Assembly: GCA_043803405.1 (NCBI GenBank)
Contig: JAZDKB010000009.1
Coordinates: 160,001-224,000 of the forward strand
Direction of reading: 5' to 3'
Origin: Spirochaetota bacterium
Lineage (GTDB): Bacteria > Spirochaetota > UBA4802 > JAFGDQ01
DNA length: 64,000 nt
Shown here: positions 1-9,160 of the stretch, piece after piece
Layout of the letters: every line of letters starts with the position of its first letter
Numbering within the stretch: the stretch's first letter is position 1
Position numbers and translations under genes: made by a program
The notes under the pieces: generated by a model
Seen by the model: the letters and a program-made list of their open reading frames with translations, nothing else
Told to the model about the DNA's origin: nothing
The model's database searches: none

Positions 1-407
1 TTTGTGCTGTCTATAGGCACGTCACCACTATCTGCGTCATTAGCTATATAAATTACTTTATATGTTGGATTAGAAATCCATTTTGCATAAAGAGTAACAT
101 TTGTGGAACCCATGGTAAATGTTTCACCTTGAGTATAGGTCGTACCATTCCCATCCTGAGTTGTGCTCCAGCCATTAAAAGAATAGTGTGCTCTAACTAA
201 ATTTCCAGTATTTCCCAGGACTGTAACTGTTTGACCTTTTTTATAGGAGGAATAATCGTTTGGTACATATCCGCTGTTTGCTTCATTTGCTAAATAAGTA
301 ACACTATATGTGGAATTATCAGTATTACCACTGCTCCCTCCCCCTCCTCCACAAAAAAGAGAACCTAAAATAAATAAGGAAACCAGTAATAGAGTATATC
401 TTTTCAT
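1..407 (-). CDS. Predicted lipoprotein with InlB B-repeat / Listeria-Bacteroides repeat (Flg_new-type) domains; runs off the window edge
   Basis: Not in the ORF track. Manual translation: MKRYTLLLVSLFILGSLFC-GGGGGSSG...TYSVTYLANEANSGYVP...VTVLGNTGNLVRAHYSFNGWSTTQDGNGTTY...FTMGSTNVTLYAKW, then a second repeat begins. AGGAGG RBS at 415-420. Confidence 0.8.
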   Translation of the reverse strand, partial: MKRYTLLLVSLFILGSLFCGGGGGSSGNTDNSTYSVTYLANEANSGYVPNDYSSYKKGQTVTVLGNTGNLVRAHYSFNGWSTTQDGNGTTYTQGETFTMGSTNVTLYAKWISNPTYKVIYIANDADSGDVPIDST

Positions 408-576
408 TAAACAACCTCCTAATTTTTTATGTTTTTAAAAAAGCTTAATATTAACTTCTGGTTGGGAAAAAACCGAATCGCGTACTGTTATTAAAGGAAC
501 ACGCCCTGTTAAGACGCAATCTGTAAAGAATACCTCAAAAATAGTTTATTTTGTATTTATTTTAAATAACACTGTA

Positions 577-671
577 AATTTAATAAAAAAAATTTATGAT
601 ATCAACCGCTAGGTAATGAACGCTACGTGGAGTGTAATGAATGCTACATAGAGTGTAATGAACGCTACATG
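577..671 (-). promoter_or_regulatory. Three 21-bp direct repeats (core A(T/C)GTAGC(G/A)TTCATTAC) followed by a putative sigma70 promoter TTGATA-17bp-TAAATT
   Basis: Units start at 613, 634 and 655 on the + strand. On the - strand TTGATA (605-600) follows 7 bp after the last unit and TAAATT is at 582-577. A near-identical element is at 61733-61791. Confidence 0.7.
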
Positions 672-848
672 GCTTTATTTTTCATATATGTATTTTTAAG
701 CTATTTTCATCCCGCACAAATCATTTGTCCATGTCCATAAGTTTTATTAAATATTTCAATAAATACTTAGCAAATTTAGCTGTATTTTAAAAATTAACAA
801 TAATGCTAATATTATAATTATGATAATTATAATATATTTAATAGATTG

Positions 849-900
849 TCCCCCCTCTCCTTTTTTTTTAATTAATGGGAGATGGGGCTTGGGGGTGAGG
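849..900 (+). repeat. REP-like palindrome of the CCCCTCTCC...GGAGAGGGG...GGGGTGAGG type
   Basis: tccccccTCTCC-ttt...-GGGAGATGGGG-cttgGGGGTGAGG. Related copies at about 951-1115 and 24982-25023. Confidence 0.6.
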
Positions 901-982
901 GCATGACCGTTTGTACTCGACCAATCCATGTAATCCATGGTTCGGATGTTCCTCCCTTACCCATTCTTTATATGGGAGAAGG

Positions 983-1095
983 CGACGGGCACGGAGGCCC
1001 TAGTGTCGGGCGCGGTGACGAACAGGATGTTCTAATATCGGCTATGCGACAGGAGGTCGCGTTTATAGCCGATAAATGGATGTCCGTTTGCGCCT
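983..1095 (+). ncRNA. Candidate structured RNA or repeat with several GGA-loop hairpins (CsrA/RsmA-site-like)
   Basis: gggc-ACGGAG-gccc (987-1000), gaac-AGGAT-gttc (1020-1032), gcgac-AGGAG-gtcgc (1046-1060) inside the stem tatcggctat/atagccgata, and ATGGA at 1076-1080. Confidence 0.4.
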
Positions 1096-1157
1096 GACTG
1101 GTTAGGAGGGTGAGGTTATGTACGCTTGCGCCTGACTGGTTAGGAAAGTGAGGTTAT
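1088..1157 (+). repeat. 32-bp imperfect direct repeat, two copies
   Basis: ttgcgcctgactggttagga(ggg/aag)tgaggttat at 1088-1119 and 1126-1157. Confidence 0.85.
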
Positions 1158-1306
1158 CCCTTCTCCGAAATTTTTTAAAAAAAAACATCCAAAAACTTGA
1201 CGATTCAAAAATATTAATATATTTTTTATAGAATTATTAAATTTCTGATATTTTAATCTGATAATTCACCTTTTAATATTAAAAAATCAAATCAAAGGAG
1301 AGTCAC

Positions 1307-2038
1307 ATGGCAACAACCGACGAAACACCGGTAAAAAAATCTTCACAAAACGAATCAGGCCACGCAATAAACGTGGCAAATTTTTCTCAGCTTGTAACGG
1401 AAATAAAATCATTCTCAGCAGACTATAACCCGTCATCGGATATACTTAAGGTAGCAAATCTCGAAACACTGCGCGACAGTGCAAAAACCGCGCTCAATTC
1501 CATGCACCAGGCAGATTCCGTGTACAGGGATGCAATAAACAAGCGCCAGCTCGAATTCGATAAAATGAGCAGTCTTGTAACGCGGATAAGCGGCGCAGTC
1601 AAAGCCGCAGGCGTAGACAGCAAAGTAAAGGAAGAAATATCATCCCTGAACAAAAAGATAAAAGGCGGAGGGATAAAATCCGAAACAACAGAAAACAGCC
1701 ATTCAACTTCCCAGATGAGTTACGATAACAGGCTCAATAATTTTACACAGCTTGTGGTTAAACTTAAAGGCATACCCGAATACAAACCCAACGAAGCATC
1801 GCTTGCACCCGATTCCCTGGACGCGTATATAAATTCGCTCGCGCAGGTAACGGAAAGCGCGGATAAAGCATGGAGCGAGCTGGACAGGGCGCGCAGCGAG
1901 CGCGACCGTTTACTGTATTCCGATATCAACAACCTGGTGCCTGTTGCGCTCAGGGTCAAGGAGTATACCAAAAGCCTTTACGGCACCAAAAGCAGGGAGT
2001 ACAAGGCAGTATCTGCTTTAAAATTTAAAAATAATTAA
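1307..2038 (+). CDS. Conserved hypothetical alpha-helical protein (243 aa)
   Basis: ORF with an AAGGAG RBS. Motifs ESGHAINVANF, YNPS, STSQMSYD, YKPNE and RDRLLY resemble an uncharacterised family I recall mainly from Bacteroidota. Confidence 0.8.
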   Translation: MATTDETPVKKSSQNESGHAINVANFSQLVTEIKSFSADYNPSSDILKVANLETLRDSAKTALNSMHQADSVYRDAINKRQLEFDKMSSLVTRISGAVKAAGVDSKVKEEISSLNKKIKGGGIKSETTENSHSTSQMSYDNRLNNFTQLVVKLKGIPEYKPNEASLAPDSLDAYINSLAQVTESADKAWSELDRARSERDRLLYSDINNLVPVALRVKEYTKSLYGTKSREYKAVSALKFKNN

Positions 2039-2147
2039 TGATACTTACAGCAGGGCGCGGATGCTTCAACAGGTTTCATGCCGCGCGCTGCTTAACCCCA
2101 TGGCAGGCAAACAAGACCCTTGTCATTTTGCAAAGCATTTCACACAA

Positions 2148-2525
2148 CACGCTTTCCCCCGCGTATATCATGCACCCGCGGAACATATAAACGCAATCCC
2201 GTATACATATCGCTATCCCTCGCGTGATTCATACGCATCCCCGGATGCATATCGCATTCCCTCGTATGATTCTTTTACGGCCTCGGATACATCTAGCTTC
2301 CCCTCGCATGATTCTTTTACGGCCTCGGATACATATCGCATTCCCGCACATGATTCTTTTACGGCCTCGGATGCATATCGCTTCCCCTCGCATGATTCTT
2401 TCGCAGCCTCGGATACATATCGCTTCCCCTCAATGTTATATTGCTTTATATCAGAGTATTATAGAACTATACCGGAGTGTTATTGCTTCTTCAAGGGGAT
2501 GTTTTGCTTTAAAAGTCTATTTAAC
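2148..2525. repeat. Degenerate 21-bp-period tandem array with a homogenised 42-bp core (about 5 copies, 2211-2420)
   Basis: Alternating units cgcttcccctcgcatgattct and tttacggcctcggatacatat. Periodicity decays on both flanks. Two + frames are open across it. Confidence 0.85.
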
Positions 2526-2536
2526 TAGACAGTTCA

Positions 2537-2651
2537 GAATAATCAAAAAGGATAATATCTATGGAGCAGGCGACAGGACGTCGCCGGAACTGCGTAAAAC
2601 AGGATGTTTTTTACGCAGTTCCGGAATAGATATTATCCTTTTTGATTATTC
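2537..2651. mobile_element. MITE-like element with perfect 26-bp terminal inverted repeats and internal GGA-loop hairpins
   Basis: gaataatcaaaaaggataatatctat (2537-2562) and atagatattatcctttttgattattc (2626-2651). 28 bp are repeated exactly at 14761-14788. Confidence 0.55.
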
Positions 2652-2919
2652 ATAGCACAATTTTTAATCTACCGGAACATTTCACATTAACTCCCTCTTT
2701 ATTACATTTTTAAACAGCAATTTGTGTGATTTTTTTGAAATAACAGATCAATTGTACGAAATAAGGTTGATTTTCCGTTGCGGTATTCCTATCAGTCTAT
2801 CATATCAATCATTAAAATACGATTATATTGAGATATATCAAAGCCCTTAAATCCGGGCATACTGCCGGATGTGACCGGCAAATATATATTAATTTTATTA
2901 ACGAACAAAACATATACTT

Positions 2920-4236
2920 ATGCTACCCGATTTATTTATAAAATTAATTCTTTCTATTGTTTTTGGCGCTACAATCGGACTGGAGCGCGAAAGCAGCAAT
3001 CCGGGTGATAACACTATCGGAGGTATCCGGACCTTTTCGCTGATAGCACTTGCCGGTGCCTTAACAGGAGTTTTATATTCAGAGAACTACATTCCTTTCG
3101 CGATTGTTATTTCTGCTGCCTTTTCCATACTGATAATTTCTTATTACATTATCGGGTCTTCATCAACCAAAGACTATGGGCTGACTAGTGAAATTTCAGC
3201 ATTAATAACTTATTTAATAGGAGCACTTTTAGTCTTAAATATAATTCCGCTTCGGATAACTATTGCGATTTTTATAATTATTGTATTCATTCTTTCCATC
3301 AAATCCAGGACAACCCGGCTGGCAGAAGGAATCTCAAGAAATGAACTGCATTCTTTTATCAGCTATGCCATTATCGCCCTTGTTGTATTACCGGTTTTGC
3401 CCGATGTTTCGTACAGATTAAAAGACATTCCGATATTGCCCGAAATCATGCGGGAATTAAATATTGATCTGGGACAATTCAATACACTTGATTTAATAAA
3501 TCCGCGGAAAATCTGGTTTGTAGTAGTTCTTATTACCGGAATCGATGTATCCGGATATATACTTGGAAGAATTGTCGGCAACAAGAGAGGTTTTGCAGTT
3601 ACCAGTTTAATCGCAGGATTTGTTTCGTCTACTTCTGCCACTCAGTCATTGGCGCAGCAAAGCAGGAAGACAAATTTTATAAACAATCTCACCGGAGCCG
3701 CAGTACTGGCAAATATGGCGAGTTTCTTTCAAGTAATTTTACTGATAGGCCCGTTAAACGCAAAATGGCTTGCTTCAATCTTTCCGAGTATCCTGCTGAT
3801 GATAATTTCGGCAGGAATTACCGCGTACCTGTTTTTAAGATTAAAAGAACCGCAAAATGAAGAGGCAGGGGAAGAAAAAAAGCAAAAAAAAATATTCTCT
3901 CTCATGCCGGCGCTTAAATTTGCAGGTATACTGATTACGGTAAAAATTGTGACCAAAATATGTTTAATCCTTTTTGGAAAGTCAGGATTCATAATAAGTT
4001 CCGTTATAGCTTCTTTTGCCGGGATTGACGCAATAATGGTTAACCTTGCAGAGATGGCCGGCAACACCATTACCTTCGAATTTGCATTTCTGAATTTTAT
4101 TTTAATCAATGCTACTAATCTAATGAGTAAAACTGTTTACTCCTATTTACAGGGAAGCCGCCAATTTGCTTTCAAATTTATGACTTCTTCAATTATTATA
4201 ATAACTGCAAGCGCGATCTGGCTCATCTTTATCTGA
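2920..4236 (+). CDS. MgtC/SapB-family membrane protein with DUF4010 domain
   Basis: IGLERE...GGIRTF, GLTSE, NPRKIWFVV and GFVSSTSAT motifs; multiple TM segments. Confidence 0.85.
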   Translation: MLPDLFIKLILSIVFGATIGLERESSNPGDNTIGGIRTFSLIALAGALTGVLYSENYIPFAIVISAAFSILIISYYIIGSSSTKDYGLTSEISALITYLIGALLVLNIIPLRITIAIFIIIVFILSIKSRTTRLAEGISRNELHSFISYAIIALVVLPVLPDVSYRLKDIPILPEIMRELNIDLGQFNTLDLINPRKIWFVVVLITGIDVSGYILGRIVGNKRGFAVTSLIAGFVSSTSATQSLAQQSRKTNFINNLTGAAVLANMASFFQVILLIGPLNAKWLASIFPSILLMIISAGITAYLFLRLKEPQNEEAGEEKKQKKIFSLMPALKFAGILITVKIVTKICLILFGKSGFIISSVIASFAGIDAIMVNLAEMAGNTITFEFAFLNFILINATNLMSKTVYSYLQGSRQFAFKFMTSSIIIITASAIWLIFI

Positions 4237-4323
4237 CAGGTTCCGGAAAAATTCGAAACCTCATAAAATACAGTAAAATAATTAAAAACGCATTCAAAAG
4301 AAACAAAGGAAATTTTATTGTAA

Positions 4324-6858
4324 TCAGGAGAGTTTCAATCGATACTGTATGGCGCGTGCCAGTTCTCGCTGCGTAATTGGTTTATTGATCAGCGTCTGAA
4401 TGCCGATCTGTTTTGCTCTTTCTTCGATAACTTTATCAAAATAACCGGAACAGAGCACAATAGGGATATCCAAACGTATTTGCCTAACTTTCTCGGCAAG
4501 TTCAATCCCTGTTAACTTCGGCATGGTATAATCGGTAATCACAAGGTCGAATGCGGAAGGGTCCTGCCGGAATATTTCCAGTGCTTCATTGCTGTCAGTG
4601 AAGCCTTTGACCTTATAACCAAGATTCTCCAGCATTGTTTTCTCGATCGTAACAATGTTTATCTCATCATCAATCAGCAATATCCTTTCAGTTCCGGCGG
4701 CCAATTCAACGTCGGCCTGTTCTTCCCTGGGAGCAGTATCTCCGCCGGCTGCAGGCAGGTAAATAGTAAATTCCGTCCCTTTCCCGATTTCGCTGGATAC
4801 AGTGATAATACCTCCGAAATTTTTTACAATACCGTGAACAACTGAGAGCCCCAGGCCGGTTCCTGCGCCTTTCTCTTTAGTCGTAAAAAACGGCTCAAAG
4901 ATACGTTCAAGGTTCTCAGGTGGAATGCCATGCCCGGTATCAGAAATTTTTAAACGTACATAGCTGCCGCGTTTTAACTCGGGATAAAGCAGCAGGAACT
5001 GTTCGTCTGCTGTTACATCATCAAGACTGACTTTAAGTACCCCGCCTTTCACCCTCATGGCATGGGACGCGTTAGTACAGAGATTCATGATTATCTGGTG
5101 AAACTGGGTCGTATCACCTATGATCGGGGTTGTACTGGTTATTGTCTCCTGTATTTCAATAGTGCTTGGGAGTGATGCGCGTAAAAGTTTCATTATTTCC
5201 TTAATGAGAGGCTGCGGCGCTATAGATACATACTCCTGTTCGGTTTTGCGGCTGAACGTCAATATGTGGTTGACCAGGTCACGGGCACGACCGGCCGCGC
5301 TCAGGACATTCTGAATATACTGCCCGCTCTTTTCGACGTCTTCCTTGTTAAGCAGAGCTAATTCCGCGTAACCGAAAATTCCGCTCAGGATGTTGTTAAA
5401 GTCATGTGCAATCCCGCCTGCAAGGGTTCCAATTGCTTCCATCTTTTGCGATTGACGGAGTTGCGCTTCCATACGGAGTTCGCGTGTAATATCGCGTCCT
5501 ATTTCCAGGTAACCGCTTATCATTCCTTTACTATTGCGTATTGGTGTAATGGTTACTTCGAGGCAGAAACGGGATGCGTCATCCGTTACGCAGCCTTTCC
5601 ATATTTTACCCTGATTAAGAATTTGCCAGACATCTTCAGGCTGTATCCCTTCATTATTCTTAAGAAGAGGTTCGCTGCCGATAAGATCATCGGCCGGACG
5701 GCCGCTGATCTTTTCCATTGCGGGATTCACAAACTGCACCTTCCTGTCAAGGCCTATAATGCATACCGTTTCTGTTGCCTGTTCAATTGCCTTATTCAGG
5801 TTACTTAAAGTTTTCTGTATCGGCGAACTGATAGTCCTGACAATTACAAAAATGGCAATAAACAGCACAACAGACGATAAAATACCGTTAATAATACTTG
5901 CCCATACAAGATTCTTTGCTTTTTTCAGAACAGTAGGAAGCGGAACATTAATGCCGAAACTCCACGGCGCATCCGATTTACCTATCTTAACAGGGACAAT
6001 ATGTACATACCACGTAAGGCCTGTCAGCGGGGATGTCCTGACCTCGCTAATTTCTTTCCCCTGCAGAATAGCATCAATCGTCTTTTGGGGAGCCCCGAAC
6101 TTAGGTTCCGCTATATTATAACCTAAATAAATGTCCCACGGATGGGCTACAAAGACACCGGTGTTGGATACCATAAAGGCAAAAGTCTTTTCATCAAGAG
6201 GCCTGATATTTCCCAGACGCTTCGACAGATCCGATAGTGCAAGATCGATCCCGACTATTCCCATCACCCTGCCATTATCAATAATAGGAACGCAGAAGCT
6301 TGTCATTAGGGTTGATGCATCGGCTCCCCTGAATACTTCGTTAACAGTTTCTTTTTTGGACTGTCCGGTCAGGCGATAGCAGTCCCCATGCCGCTTATCC
6401 CATAATCCCGCATCACCTCTAATTATCCTGTATTTTCCACGGTATGCATAGGGAGTAAAACTGCTGACAGCAGTAATCCCGGTATTTGCGCCGGCAGAAA
6501 ACGCACCAGCACTAAACAAAGCCCAGACAACCGATTTAGCAGGCAGAAAATCGACGAAAAGTTCCGTGTTTTTCATTATGGAGGCTCGCTGATCTGCATT
6601 GGCCTGTAGCAATACGCTATGCACTGTTATGGCATATGCCCGGGCAATTGCCATTATATCACCGAGCTCCTTTTCCACATCATGGGAATGGCGGTAAGCA
6701 ATCTCCCTGACTTTACTGAAAGACTCTTCTTTAAGTTCTTCTGCTGAATTTACAACTATGAGCCCCAGCGTTATCAGGCTTATGACCAGAACTGCAGTCG
6801 AAATTAAAAGGAATATCTTAGTCTGAAGCCTTAATTGCAGTTTCAGTTTTTTTACCAT
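4324..6858 (-). CDS. Hybrid sensor histidine kinase (dCache-PAS-HisKA-HATPase-REC)
   Basis: Two TM segments around a Cache-like domain, [13 protein letters not shown]-box, N/G1/F/G2 boxes, receiver with [10 protein letters not shown]. Confidence 0.92.
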   Translation of the reverse strand: MVKKLKLQLRLQTKIFLLISTAVLVISLITLGLIVVNSAEELKEESFSKVREIAYRHSHDVEKELGDIMAIARAYAITVHSVLLQANADQRASIMKNTELFVDFLPAKSVVWALFSAGAFSAGANTGITAVSSFTPYAYRGKYRIIRGDAGLWDKRHGDCYRLTGQSKKETVNEVFRGADASTLMTSFCVPIIDNGRVMGIVGIDLALSDLSKRLGNIRPLDEKTFAFMVSNTGVFVAHPWDIYLGYNIAEPKFGAPQKTIDAILQGKEISEVRTSPLTGLTWYVHIVPVKIGKSDAPWSFGINVPLPTVLKKAKNLVWASIINGILSSVVLFIAIFVIVRTISSPIQKTLSNLNKAIEQATETVCIIGLDRKVQFVNPAMEKISGRPADDLIGSEPLLKNNEGIQPEDVWQILNQGKIWKGCVTDDASRFCLEVTITPIRNSKGMISGYLEIGRDITRELRMEAQLRQSQKMEAIGTLAGGIAHDFNNILSGIFGYAELALLNKEDVEKSGQYIQNVLSAAGRARDLVNHILTFSRKTEQEYVSIAPQPLIKEIMKLLRASLPSTIEIQETITSTTPIIGDTTQFHQIIMNLCTNASHAMRVKGGVLKVSLDDVTADEQFLLLYPELKRGSYVRLKISDTGHGIPPENLERIFEPFFTTKEKGAGTGLGLSVVHGIVKNFGGIITVSSEIGKGTEFTIYLPAAGGDTAPREEQADVELAAGTERILLIDDEINIVTIEKTMLENLGYKVKGFTDSNEALEIFRQDPSAFDLVITDYTMPKLTGIELAEKVRQIRLDIPIVLCSGYFDKVIEERAKQIGIQTLINKPITQRELARAIQYRLKLS

Positions 6859-7026
6859 TTTAGACCTTTTGTTTGCTCATATAAGCAATTGATTGTCATA
6901 ATGGAATTATCGCAAAATTATTATTTAAGATTTCCGATTATTAAAATTAATTAAAAAAATTTTATTAACTTCTGTACTGCAGTTTAAGCCTACAGCCTAT
7001 TTTTGAAAAAGTCAATTTACATTTGT

Positions 7027-7815
7027 TTAATAACTCATTCTGTTTCTTCTTCTCTTCTTTCCGGAGTTCGCGGATTGCTTCTTTGAAGGAATTTGCTGTG
7101 GTTTCCCGCACACAATGATGGCAGCAACGCCGAATGTCTGCGGATAACGCGCTACGTTGGTAAAACCGCCCTTCCCGAGCATCAGCTTCAGATCGTCCGG
7201 GTCAACGAATGTCCTTATAGTGTTTGAAAGATATTTATACGCCATCTGTTTGCCGGAAACAAGCCCGCCTATAAATGGCAGCAGTTTATTAAGATACAGA
7301 GCATAGACAATCTTTACGAACCAATTGCGCGGACGCACGAGTTCAAGAATAGCAAGCTCGCCGCCAGGCGCGAGCACGCGGTGTACTTCTGCGATAAAGT
7401 TGCGAAGGTCGGGAATGTTCCGGATGCCGAACGCTATTGCAGCTGCCGTGAAAGCACAGTCCACGAACGGGAGCCTGCTGGCGTCCGCAGCAACGCAATG
7501 GCCGAGGAGCGCACGCCTCTCCTTTCCCCTCGCTAGCATTTTGAGCGAGAAATCGAGCGATACAACCTCGGCGCCCTGCCTGTGCATCAGCAGAGAAAGG
7601 TCGCCTGTGCCGCAGCAAAGGTCAAGAACGCGTGCATCTTTTACAGAATGGATAAGCTTAAAAATTTTCTTCCGCCACAGCACATCTGTGCCGAAAGAAA
7701 GCAGGTGATTCAGCAGATCATAAGTCGGAACAATATCATCAAACAGTTTGCGGATAAAACGCTTTTTATCTTCGGGGTTTTCATTGTTAAGTTCATACGA
7801 CAGCGAAGGCTTCAT
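7027..7815 (-). CDS. ubiE: Demethylmenaquinone/ubiquinone methyltransferase
   Basis: FDDIVPTYDLLNHLLSFG, VLDLCCGTGD, AFGIRN and AYKYL motifs; lies downstream of mqnC. Confidence 0.9.
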   Translation of the reverse strand: MKPSLSYELNNENPEDKKRFIRKLFDDIVPTYDLLNHLLSFGTDVLWRKKIFKLIHSVKDARVLDLCCGTGDLSLLMHRQGAEVVSLDFSLKMLARGKERRALLGHCVAADASRLPFVDCAFTAAAIAFGIRNIPDLRNFIAEVHRVLAPGGELAILELVRPRNWFVKIVYALYLNKLLPFIGGLVSGKQMAYKYLSNTIRTFVDPDDLKLMLGKGGFTNVARYPQTFGVAAIIVCGKPQQIPSKKQSANSGKKRRRNRMSY

Positions 7816-7834
7816 TCATATCTCCAAAAACTAA

Positions 7835-7945
7835 CCATAGAGGGCACAGAGAAGTCACAGAGAACGCAGAGACAAACAAAAGAATTTTTAAAAAATTTAT
7901 AATCCTTTCTCTGTGACCTCTGTGATTTCTCCGTGATCTCTATGG
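7835..7945. repeat. Long imperfect inverted repeat built from CACAGAG/CTCTGTG units
   Basis: ccatagagggcacagagaagtcacagagaa ... ttctctgtgacctctgtgatttctccgtgatctctatgg, between mqnC and ubiE. Confidence 0.75.
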
Positions 7946-7974
7946 CGATCTTTTAATAATTCATATTTTGTAAA

Positions 7975-9036
7975 TCAATAATATTTTACGGCTTCGTAAG
8001 CCGAGTTTCTTTCGACAGGCACTTTGCCAGCGTTTGTTATAATATCGATAAACTCCTGTTTGCTCGAGCGCGTCTCAATGCCGGTGGACTTTACCACAAC
8101 CTCTTCGGTCAGCACTCCGCCCATGTCGTTCGCTCCCATTGCGAGCGCGACCTGCGCGAGCTTCAATCCCTCGGTGAGCCAGCCTGCCTGTATGTACACA
8201 ACGTTATCTAAAAATATTCTTGATACTGCAACAACTTTAAGGTAGTCCATGCCTGTAGCAGGCACAATATCCTCCATCTGAGTGTGCGCGGGCGAGAACG
8301 ACCACGGAATGAAAGCTCGTATAATTCCGGTGCTGTCCTGAACATCGCGCACAACCCGAAGATGCTCCACCCTGTCGGCAAGAGTCTCGCCCATGCCGTA
8401 AGTCATTGTCGCGGACGACATCATGCCGTGCTTCTTAAGCGCCTGCATTACGCCCTGCCAGTCACGCGTGCTAATCTTGTTAGGGCACACCCTTTGCCGC
8501 ACGTTGTCCACCAGCAGATCGGACGCCCCTGGCACTGAATCGAGCCCTGCTTCCTGTAAAGCAGAAAGAACTTCATCAACACTTAAACCAGCTTTCTTAG
8601 AAATATGCAAAAGCTCGGAAGGAGAAAAAGAATGCAGTTTGATGTTCGGGAAACGCGTTTTTACTGTTCTAAGAATCTGTGAATATCTATCGAGAGTATA
8701 GTCCGGGTGCAGCCCCCCCTGAAGCATAATCTGCGTGCCGCCTGCAGAGGCAAGCTCTTCCGCTTTGCGCAGGATATCTTCGAGTGTCAGCTCGTACGGA
8801 TCCATTCTCCCAGCCTTTGCATGAAATGCACAGAAGCTGCACTTCGCTTCGCAAATATTGCTGTAATTGATAATGCGGTCTATGATGAATCCTACATCTT
8901 CTTTCGGGAATATGACGCGCCGCCTGTAGTCCGCTGCCATGCCGAGTTCAAGTATGTCCCACGCAAAAAGCCCGGCCGCTTCTTCCGGCGTTATGCGCTC
9001 GTTATCGTATATCTTTTGTTTTAATGAATTATTCAT
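7975..9036 (-). CDS. mqnC: Cyclic dehypoxanthinyl futalosine synthase (radical SAM)
   Basis: IDRIINYSNICEAKCSFC, QIMLQGGLHP, AFIPWSF, QVALAMGANDMGG. Start moved to ATG 9036 because the ORF-track start lies inside the REP. Confidence 0.85.
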   Translation of the reverse strand: MNNSLKQKIYDNERITPEEAAGLFAWDILELGMAADYRRRVIFPKEDVGFIIDRIINYSNICEAKCSFCAFHAKAGRMDPYELTLEDILRKAEELASAGGTQIMLQGGLHPDYTLDRYSQILRTVKTRFPNIKLHSFSPSELLHISKKAGLSVDEVLSALQEAGLDSVPGASDLLVDNVRQRVCPNKISTRDWQGVMQALKKHGMMSSATMTYGMGETLADRVEHLRVVRDVQDSTGIIRAFIPWSFSPAHTQMEDIVPATGMDYLKVVAVSRIFLDNVVYIQAGWLTEGLKLAQVALAMGANDMGGVLTEEVVVKSTGIETRSSKQEFIDIITNAGKVPVERNSAYEAVKYY

Positions 9037-9065
9037 GTAATTAATATTATTATTTCCTGTATGTT

Positions 9066-9160
9066 TGTAGAGACGCACGGCCGTGCGTCTCTACACGATT
9101 ATCCCCCTGCGTCTCTACACGATTATCCCCGTGCATCTCTACAATATTTCCGTGCGTTTC
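9066..9160. repeat. GTAG-type REP (perfect 30-bp palindrome) plus decaying half copies
   Basis: tgtagagacgcacgg|ccgtgcgtctctaca (9066-9095), followed by acgattatcccc-linked tgcgtctctac half units. Confidence 0.9.

Noticed and set aside
756..1097. ORFs 756-938 (-) and 882-1097 (+)
   Set aside because: They are translations of low-complexity and palindromic repeat DNA with no recognisable protein features.
2148..2525. CRISPR or guide-RNA array
   Set aside because: Units are contiguous tandem copies without unique spacers.
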